Assembly (NCBI GenBank): GCA_038144835.1 | Contig: JAYQON010000004.1 | Location: 17 to 64,016 of the forward strand | Length of the DNA stretch: 64,000 nucleotides | Direction of reading: 5' to 3' | Source of the DNA: Bdellovibrionales bacterium | Lineage (GTDB): Bacteria; Bdellovibrionota; Bdellovibrionia; Bdellovibrionales; UBA1609 | In this document: piece by piece, positions 57,398-64,000 of the stretch | Numbering within the stretch: position 1 is the first letter of the stretch | Layout of the letters: every line of letters starts with the position of its first letter | Notes under the pieces: model-generated | Told to the model about the DNA's origin: nothing | Databases searched by the model: none | What the model saw: only the letters and a program-made list of their open reading frames with translations | Made by a program: the position numbers and the translations under genes

Positions 57398-58288
57398 TTA
57401 GACGCTTCGCCACCGGGTTTCAAGCATGGATGCAGCCGCAGCGGAAGCAAAAATCAAAGCGGCACCCACGGATTCTAAAAAGCCCAAAGATTCACCTAAA
57501 AAGTATATAGAAAGCAACATGGCAAAAGGAGATTCTAACAAAAACAGAAGGCTGCTTACTGTGGGCGAAAGCTTTGCTTGCGCCCTTACTTGCAGATAAA
57601 AAGCGATGACCGTGGATCCAATAGCCAGAGAAAACATTCCCACCCAAACCTTGATCGGTGCCTCTATTAACAGTTCTGGCTGAGTCCAGAATTTAGAATT
57701 AAGCACCAATGGCAGCAACAAGACCGTTCCCCACAGTGATTGAGTGATATTGAAAAAAAATGGCTGACGAACTCGCGGACTAATTAATCCCAGAGAATAA
57801 ATCTGAGCGGTTGCAAAAAGTGCACACACAAAAGTGAGTAAATCACCGACATTGATAGTGCTAAAGCCCAGGTCAACAATCAAGATAGTCCCGATCAAAG
57901 CCCCCGCCACGCACAGCCAAAGCCCCAAGGGCAAACCTCTCTTCAGCAAGACTGATTCGAGAATGGGAACAAAAACTACGTACAAGGTGGTAATAAAACC
58001 ACTCTTTGTTGCCGTCGTGTACTTTAAACCCCACGACTGAAAGAAAAGAGTTCCGATCAAACAGACCGCGGGCCAAAAACTTAAAGTTAAAGTCTCTCGC
58101 CAATGTTTCATGCCACCGATCAAAACAAGCGGTAGACCAATCGCAAAGGCTATCGCGAAGCGCATCCAGGTAATCTCTGAAGCGGTCATCGCCTCCAATG
58201 CCCAGACCACCGCCACAAAACCAAAACCCCAAAACAGCGCGGCGATGATTAATTCAAAAATAGCCGTGGTGGTTTTTACTTGCGGCAT
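57398..58288 (-). CDS. DMT-superfamily (EamA-like) transporter
   Basis: Start moved to ATG 58288. 10-TM pattern with two EamA-like halves. Confidence 0.8.
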   Translation of the reverse strand: MPQVKTTTAIFELIIAALFWGFGFVAVVWALEAMTASEITWMRFAIAFAIGLPLVLIGGMKHWRETLTLSFWPAVCLIGTLFFQSWGLKYTTATKSGFITTLYVVFVPILESVLLKRGLPLGLWLCVAGALIGTILIVDLGFSTINVGDLLTFVCALFATAQIYSLGLISPRVRQPFFFNITQSLWGTVLLLPLVLNSKFWTQPELLIEAPIKVWVGMFSLAIGSTVIAFYLQVRAQAKLSPTVSSLLFLLESPFAMLLSIYFLGESLGFLESVGAALIFASAAAASMLETRWRSV

Positions 58289-58366
58289 ACAACAGACATT
58301 TAATGAAAACCTTGAAAGACAAACCTTAAATCTGTCATAACTCATTCTAATAAGGTGGGGAAGGTT

Positions 58367-59257
58367 ATGAAGTTTATTCTGACGCTTTGGCTCGCAAGCC
58401 TAGGCATGGCGACCACTGCAAACCGCGAAGCCATTTGGGACACTCGGCAAAAAACTTGGCTACAATTGCAGGATGTTCGCGCCAAACAAGGTGAAATATT
58501 TATTTTAGGCGAGGAGCATGCAACTCCCGAAAGCATCAGTGATCCCAAAAGTCGCATTCACCATACCAACCAAGTTCGCTGGTTAAAGCATTTGAAAACT
58601 CTTTATCGAATTTCCGTGGGCATGGAATTCATTGCTTACCCGTTTCAATCCGCAACGGATGCGTTCGTCGCGGGAAGTCTCGCAGAGAATGACTTTTTGC
58701 GTGAAATCGGCTGGGGCGGCAATCCATTTTCCGCCTACCGTGAGCAAATACTCGCTTCTCGCGATCACGCAGGCACTTTGGCTCTTAACGCCCCCCGCGC
58801 TCTAGGCAGAAAAGTGGCACAACTGGGGCCCGCAGGGCTTACGCCATCCGACCAACAACAACTCCCTCCCATTTGGGAGCGCGGATCAGCCGATTACTTT
58901 TCACGCTTTCAAGAAATAATGCAAAATCATATACCCGCACACAAACTTGAAAATTATTTTTGGGCTCAATCCCTATGGGACGACACCATGGCCTGGAAGG
59001 CTCTACAAAGACCCCAAGACACCGTTCTCACGGTTATTGTTGGCGCTTTTCATTCTGAATTTGGCCATGGGCTTCCCGCCAGAATCAAGCGCTATGGTCA
59101 TCAGCAAGTCACGACGGTTTTACAAATTCCCGTCGAGCAATGGGACTCTTCTCACTTGAATGCCGCCATTGCTCCAGACCCACGTTACGGCGAACATGCG
59201 GATCTGCTTTGGCTTTATTTCTTGCCTGGAACAATCAAGACCGACTCGCAACCTTGA
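58367..59257 (+). CDS. ChaN-family (haem-binding uptake / Tiki superfamily) protein
   Basis: Start moved to ATG 58367 (signal MKFILTLWLASLGMATTA). FILGEEHATPES...GMEF...WDDTMA...GAFH resembles PF04187. Confidence 0.55.
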   Translation: MKFILTLWLASLGMATTANREAIWDTRQKTWLQLQDVRAKQGEIFILGEEHATPESISDPKSRIHHTNQVRWLKHLKTLYRISVGMEFIAYPFQSATDAFVAGSLAENDFLREIGWGGNPFSAYREQILASRDHAGTLALNAPRALGRKVAQLGPAGLTPSDQQQLPPIWERGSADYFSRFQEIMQNHIPAHKLENYFWAQSLWDDTMAWKALQRPQDTVLTVIVGAFHSEFGHGLPARIKRYGHQQVTTVLQIPVEQWDSSHLNAAIAPDPRYGEHADLLWLYFLPGTIKTDSQP

Positions 59258-60888
59258 TCGGTTTTTTGCTTCGATCCAGAATCCACCGACTTGACACGCA
59301 CAAATCGGCGCCAATCACGCGTCGCATCTCCCTCCGCGTAGAAATCGAACTGCTTTTTGAATTTATGCAATGAAAACCTTGAGGGAGTGAGAACATCTTT
59401 TAACGGCAAGATATAAATATCTAAGACTCCATCCACCAAAGGAGCCCCCGTCGCCGGACTTAAAAGGGGAATAACTTCACCCGAAGATCGACTTAAATAG
59501 TTGGCCTTGTAAACATGCAAAACCACAAAGGGCTTGTTGGCATTGGCCTTGAGCGCCTGTTTAAGATCAAATAGCGTTCGCACGGGAAGCTGATCGCCGC
59601 CAAAACTCACCGCCGCAATAACACTCCCTGGAGGAGGGAATCGGCTGCTGTCGAAATTGACTTCGGGAGAATCCACCAATTGAGTCACGGCAACCCGTGA
59701 GGTAAGTCCGGGTCGAATTCGGCGAGGCATATCCATACCCATCTCTTGAAGCAGTAAACCTGATAGGTAAACGTAATCCACTTCTTGCCGGCGCGAATGA
59801 TAACCCTCACTCGGAAAATGAACTTCCAAGTTCATGACTTTACCCGCACGCAGAATCTGCATCTTGACCGACCCCTGCACTCGCTGCAGGCGGCGAGTAA
59901 AATCGTACGGAAAACCTCCGATCACCTGACCATTCATGCGCAGTAAAATGTCTCCATAGCGTAAGCGTCCGTCGGCAGAGTCGGTCACCATCAAGACTGA
60001 ATTGTAATTTTCAAAATAGCCGGGAACCGCCTTTTCAATGGCCGAGTAAAGTTGCATCTGCTGCAAAGTTCCCTCATGCATCAAGCTCATTGAAAAGCGC
60101 ACCTGGCGAGGATCAGCAATGGTGGGAGCAAGCTTGCTCTTTTTTTGTTTCCGCCATTCTCCAAACTCTTGCATCAAAATGCCAATGGGTATGGCCCAAT
60201 GGGTTCCATCTGCTCCACTCATGGTCATGGTATTGATACCAATCACTTCACCTGTCTGTAGCGAAATTAAAGGACCACCCGAGTTACCGGGGTTAATGGG
60301 CGTTTGCGTCTGAATAAATGGCCCCATCGAGGGATCAAAATGTAGCCCTGTAATCTGCCCATAGGTGGTCACATTACTACCCTCGAACGGGTTGCCGATC
60401 GCCATAACTTCTAGTCCACGCAAATTTCTTTCATTGCCTTGAAAATCAAAAAATGGACTTTTCTTTTTAGGCAAGCGCAGAGGAGAACTTAAATTTGCCC
60501 GTTTCAAAGCTTTTAAATCAAAATCCAAGACCGCGAAATCATGCAGCAGACTCGAGTAAACGAGGCGAGCCATGATGCGCTCCCCGCGACGCTGATTGGT
60601 ATTAAATTCCAGCATCAACCGCTGCGCATGATGCGCATCGGTTTCAATCACATGCTTGTTGGTGAAAATCAAACCGCGCTTGGTTTCAGAATCTAGACCA
60701 ATAAAAAAACCAGTACCATGACTGCTCTGAGTGTCGGCCGTAAAAATGTCTGCGGACTCATTGGTGATTTTAACTACTGAAAAAATCAAAGATTGAGGGT
60801 CAATAAATTCGCTTGCATCTTCAGCATGTGCCAGCGAAGACACACTAAGAGAAAGCGCCAATCCCATGGTGAACAGTATTTGCAACAT
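59215..60888 (-). CDS. trypsin-like (S1C, HtrA/DegP-type) serine protease with PDZ-like region
   Basis: Start moved to ATG 60888 (GAGGGG RBS). GTGFFIG..IFTNKHVI, D and NPGNSGGPLI form the catalytic triad. The PDZ-like segment is GDILLRMNGQVIG. Confidence 0.8.
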   Translation of the reverse strand: MLQILFTMGLALSLSVSSLAHAEDASEFIDPQSLIFSVVKITNESADIFTADTQSSHGTGFFIGLDSETKRGLIFTNKHVIETDAHHAQRLMLEFNTNQRRGERIMARLVYSSLLHDFAVLDFDLKALKRANLSSPLRLPKKKSPFFDFQGNERNLRGLEVMAIGNPFEGSNVTTYGQITGLHFDPSMGPFIQTQTPINPGNSGGPLISLQTGEVIGINTMTMSGADGTHWAIPIGILMQEFGEWRKQKKSKLAPTIADPRQVRFSMSLMHEGTLQQMQLYSAIEKAVPGYFENYNSVLMVTDSADGRLRYGDILLRMNGQVIGGFPYDFTRRLQRVQGSVKMQILRAGKVMNLEVHFPSEGYHSRRQEVDYVYLSGLLLQEMGMDMPRRIRPGLTSRVAVTQLVDSPEVNFDSSRFPPPGSVIAAVSFGGDQLPVRTLFDLKQALKANANKPFVVLHVYKANYLSRSSGEVIPLLSPATGAPLVDGVLDIYILPLKDVLTPSRFSLHKFKKQFDFYAEGDATRDWRRFVRVKSVDSGSKQKTDQGCESVLIVPGKK

Positions 60889-60975
60889 TAAACCCCTCAC
60901 TTGTTGTGCAGAACAGAAGGGCTACCATACCGATTTTGGCACTGGGTACTGTAAAAGCTTCCCAGCGCCAAATAA

Positions 60976-62334
60976 CTAGAGCAACGATCCCGACAAAAGA
61001 ATGTTGGCGACACTAAAGTAGATCACAAGACCAGTCACATCCACTAAGGTAGCAACGAGAGGCGCTGAAGCACTGGCCGGATCAAACCCTACCTTACGCA
61101 GAGCAAAGGGCAACATAGCACCGCTTAATGTCCCCCATAAGACAACGCCTATAAGACTGACCGCAACCGTACAACCTAGCATAAAGTAATGATCACCCAT
61201 TGGCCAAAAATGATGACCAACAACCACGCGCAAAAGTCCGATACCACCGAGCAATCCACCTAAAACTAGACCTGCTGCCAACTCGCGCGCAAACACACGC
61301 CACCAATCACGCAAGCGAATTTCACTTAACGCCAGAGAACGAATGATCAAGGTTGAAGCCTGCGACCCCGAGTTACCGCCAGAGCTGATAATCAATGGGA
61401 TAAACAACGCCAAAATCACTGCCCGCGCGATTTCCTCTTCATAACGAGCCATCGCTGAGGCCGTAAACATCTCACCCAAGAACAATACTAAGAGCCATCC
61501 CCCGCGCTTTTTGATCATTTCCAAAAAGCTAGTTTTAAAATAGGGCGCATCCAAAGCCTGCATACCACCCAATTTTTGAATATCTTCGGTCGCCTCTTTT
61601 TGCACCACATCGACGATATCATCATAGGTAACAATACCCATCATGCGTCCAAGGTCGTCGATCACAGGCAAAGCCATAAGCGTGTACTTGCGAAACAGTT
61701 CTGACACGTGTTCGCGGTCCATTTCCTCCGGCACGGTCACAACATCGGTTTTCATAATCTCGCGCACTTTTTTGTCAGTTGCCGTTAGCAGCAACTCGCG
61801 AAACGAAACTACCCCCAAAAGTCTTTGGTCATAATCCAAGACGTAGGCGTAATAAATAGTCTCCACCGGAGTTCGCGCTTGCGCCCGCATATAGCGGATC
61901 GCTTCTTCAACCGACATATCTGGGCGCAGCCGAATATAGCGCGGATTCATCACTCCACCGGCCTCATCTTCGGCATAGGCCATCAAACCCATAACCTCTT
62001 GGCGAGAAACCTCGTCCAAGAGCATCAAGGCCTCTTGCCGAACTTCATCCGGAAGACGCTGAATGAAGTCAGCCGCATCATCTAACGCCAATAAACGCAA
62101 CCAAGAGCGCAGCTTGGGCATTGACAAGTCTGCCATGAGCTCCACCTGCTCATCTGGCCCCAAGGCCAAAAACAAATCCTCGGCATCTGTGCGCGGCAAA
62201 TTGGCAAACTTCTCTTTACGCATAGATAGGTCCAACTCAGACCAATGCGCGATCAGAGTGTTTAGATCAGACCAATCCAACTCTGTGGTTTCATTTTCCA
62301 TGTTGATTCTTTCCGTCTTGGCTACGGGCGACAA
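60976..62334 (-). CDS. mgtE: magnesium transporter MgtE
   Basis: MgtE N-domain, CBS pair and C-terminal 5-TM domain (PLIISSGGNSGSQAST...ATLVDVTGL). The start may be the internal Met at 62301. Confidence 0.9.
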   Translation of the reverse strand: MSPVAKTERINMENETTELDWSDLNTLIAHWSELDLSMRKEKFANLPRTDAEDLFLALGPDEQVELMADLSMPKLRSWLRLLALDDAADFIQRLPDEVRQEALMLLDEVSRQEVMGLMAYAEDEAGGVMNPRYIRLRPDMSVEEAIRYMRAQARTPVETIYYAYVLDYDQRLLGVVSFRELLLTATDKKVREIMKTDVVTVPEEMDREHVSELFRKYTLMALPVIDDLGRMMGIVTYDDIVDVVQKEATEDIQKLGGMQALDAPYFKTSFLEMIKKRGGWLLVLFLGEMFTASAMARYEEEIARAVILALFIPLIISSGGNSGSQASTLIIRSLALSEIRLRDWWRVFARELAAGLVLGGLLGGIGLLRVVVGHHFWPMGDHYFMLGCTVAVSLIGVVLWGTLSGAMLPFALRKVGFDPASASAPLVATLVDVTGLVIYFSVANILLSGSLL

Positions 62335-62405
62335 TTACGAGTACCGCTGGGTCACGATAAGATCAAGCAATTCTGGCGCCAAGAAGAACGCAGACTGGGT
62401 TTTCT

Positions 62406-63869
62406 TTAGGGCACGCAATCGCGCAAACGTCCCTCGTTGCAGCGAGTACGAAAGATACGCGTGATACGGTTCCAGATGTTGGAATCTTTAGATTGAATTT
62501 CAACTCTCGGTCCACCGACCTCTAAGCCCGCCACCTTGCGAGTTGGATCACGCTTGCCACCCGGCAAGAATTGCCGGAGATCGAGACCCTCATAACCTGA
62601 GCCACCTGAATCGCGCCCGCCGCCATAGGAGTAACCGCCACCCCCGCCTCCTGTTTGCATATTCATGGAAGCATTGGTCTGCGAAGCTCCACCGCTACGC
62701 TCTCCATGCAAAATATCAGTATTGGTGCCGCGACCACCAGCGTAAGAAGAACCTCCGCCACTGGATCCCAAGGATGCCGGCGATCCACCGCCACCACCGC
62801 CGGGCATTCCACCGCCACCATTGGGCACGGTATTTACCGTCGCCGGCTGAAACTTAGGCGGCTCATCACTACCATAAGGGGAGGGCGATGGGTTGCCTAA
62901 TGGGTTGTCGAGATTAAAATTTCCCGGGCCTTCAGGCGAAGAGCTTGGCTGCAATTCACCCAAAGGTTGCGGCTTGGTTTCTTCCTTTTCGGCCTGCGTC
63001 TGACAACCCGCCAACCACGGATTTTCAGTACAAGCTTGCGGCGGCTGCACCTGTGGCGGCTGTTCAGTCTCTTTTGGTTTATTAAGAGCGTTCATTAAAG
63101 AGGATGGATCAAACCCACCACCTTTTGAATCTTTGTTGTCTTTCTTGGCATCTTTTTTGGCATCGCCTTTATTGCCAGTTCCATCTTTGTCACCCGTAGG
63201 ACCTGTATTGTCAGGATTACCCTTTGGGTCTGCGGACGTATTTTTAAGAGTTTCGATGTTTTTCTTTATTGCCTTGTCATGCTCATTGGCCGCACTCTCC
63301 AGTGCTATGGCTTGGCGTTCGAAATTATCACAGACCGGGGTTGCCGCTATGGCTATCGGAAAAAATAGATCAAAAGCTTTTCGAGCTGCGGTCTGACCTC
63401 CTGAACCCGATTGTGCGCATGATTGTCTACAAGCTTGAGCCACGCCTTTACAAAAAGCAGCCATTGCTTTTTTTTGCTGGCTTTGCTTTTTCAACGCCTT
63501 TGTTTGAGTAAGAGTTTGCGTTTGACCGTTACTTGGAATGGACTCTGATTGCGGAGCATCTTCTTCGCCTGTAGCGATTTTCATTTCCCGTTCGGCCAAA
63601 TCGGAAAGGCAAGCCCTTACTGTCACTTCGTCTAAGGAGCGCCCAGAACAGCAAGCAAAGATACCAGGGTGAGTATACTCACATCTTTGACCCCCGCGAT
63701 CCCTAAACCTAGTGTTTATAACTGCGCCATCTGCACTAGCTCCAAACCTAACTTTACTCCCAGCGGATTCTGCATCGCTCAACCAATCCGCAGCGCAAGG
63801 CGGATGATAAATAAACAAAAGACTGCAAAGATATAGAAATGCGGTTGTTGCATTAGGAGTCCGAGACAT
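62406..63869 (-). CDS. secreted low-complexity Gly/Pro/Lys-rich protein
   Basis: Signal-like N-terminus, a cysteine-containing N-domain, a KDxK-rich stretch, a P-rich stretch and G-rich stretches (GGGGMPGGGGGGSP, GGGGGGYSYGGG), then a conserved-looking Cys-containing C-terminal tail. Confidence 0.55.
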   Translation of the reverse strand: MSRTPNATTAFLYLCSLLFIYHPPCAADWLSDAESAGSKVRFGASADGAVINTRFRDRGGQRCEYTHPGIFACCSGRSLDEVTVRACLSDLAEREMKIATGEEDAPQSESIPSNGQTQTLTQTKALKKQSQQKKAMAAFCKGVAQACRQSCAQSGSGGQTAARKAFDLFFPIAIAATPVCDNFERQAIALESAANEHDKAIKKNIETLKNTSADPKGNPDNTGPTGDKDGTGNKGDAKKDAKKDNKDSKGGGFDPSSLMNALNKPKETEQPPQVQPPQACTENPWLAGCQTQAEKEETKPQPLGELQPSSSPEGPGNFNLDNPLGNPSPSPYGSDEPPKFQPATVNTVPNGGGGMPGGGGGGSPASLGSSGGGSSYAGGRGTNTDILHGERSGGASQTNASMNMQTGGGGGGYSYGGGRDSGGSGYEGLDLRQFLPGGKRDPTRKVAGLEVGGPRVEIQSKDSNIWNRITRIFRTRCNEGRLRDCVP

Positions 63870-63949
63870 AACCTATATGGTATCCTACACTTAGGTAAAA
63901 GCTAAAGTGAGACGGTTTTCTTGTCTCAGTCTGAAACGCATTTTTTAAT

Positions 63950-64000
63950 TTAATCGGCTTGGTCGCTGGCGCCACCTTGCCCGGCACCGGGACTGGCACC
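63950..64000 (-). CDS. 3' end (16 codons) of a gene extending beyond the window end
   Basis: Minus-strand reading gives ...GASPGAGQGGASDQAD*. This is open to the window edge and in the same orientation as its neighbours. Too short to verify. Confidence 0.25.
   Translation of the reverse strand, partial: GASPGAGQGGASDQAD

Noticed and set aside
62543-62900. Plus-strand His/Arg-rich ORFs (104 aa, 81 aa)
   Set aside because: These are antisense readings of the GGN/CCN-rich part of the 487-aa minus-strand gene, with no independent support.
1-64000. CRISPR arrays, IS elements, prophage or rRNA
   Set aside because: Reading through the intergenic regions, I saw no regularly spaced repeats, no transposase- or integrase-like ORFs, and no rRNA-like sequence. 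This was a visual scan, not an exhaustive computation.

Overview
The window is about 50% GC by eye and densely coding. I call 62 protein genes (plus partial CDSs at both window edges) and one tRNA-Asp(GTC). I saw no rRNA, CRISPR array, transposase, integrase or phage genes.

The gene content suggests the chromosome of a Bdellovibrio-like or Oligoflexia-type Gram-negative bacterium. The clues are a SWIB-domain protein with a histone-H1-like lysine tail, many secreted or lipoprotein hypotheticals, and cell-wall-related genes (GH84, NamZ/DUF1343, extensin-like/LAS domain, MipA). This taxonomic call is inference only.

Clear housekeeping genes are xthA, orn, ahcY, map, ettA, fumC, dusC plus a second dus, grxC, purK, purE, tatA, uppP, mgtE, bolA-family and LOG-family genes.

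Accessory-looking patches:
- An SbcD-like / hook-less SMC-like ATPase pair next to a secreted protein made only of HNH-associated repeats (4.2-8.9 kb).
- A heavy-metal RND pump cluster with no membrane-fusion gene (9.8-15.1 kb), abutting tRNA-Asp.
- A lipoprotein combining PKD, an ADAMTS-type TSP1-like repeat and a C-terminal Hint domain (16.3-18.9 kb).
- An 8-gene operon built around amnBA-type aminophenol ring cleavage in an unusual context (19.1-27.5 kb).
- An operon of large unknown membrane / coiled-coil proteins (42.7-46.5 kb).
- Several odd domain fusions: S8-like peptidase with HEAT repeats, and a transglutaminase-like core with tandem beta-repeats.

I found no unambiguous hallmark of a new defence or mobile system. 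The amn-like operon and the PKD-TSP1-Hint lipoprotein are my best candidates for undescribed biology.

All functional calls rest on motif recognition in the supplied translations, with no database search. Track coordinates include the stop codon. Where I moved a start codon, the evidence field says so.
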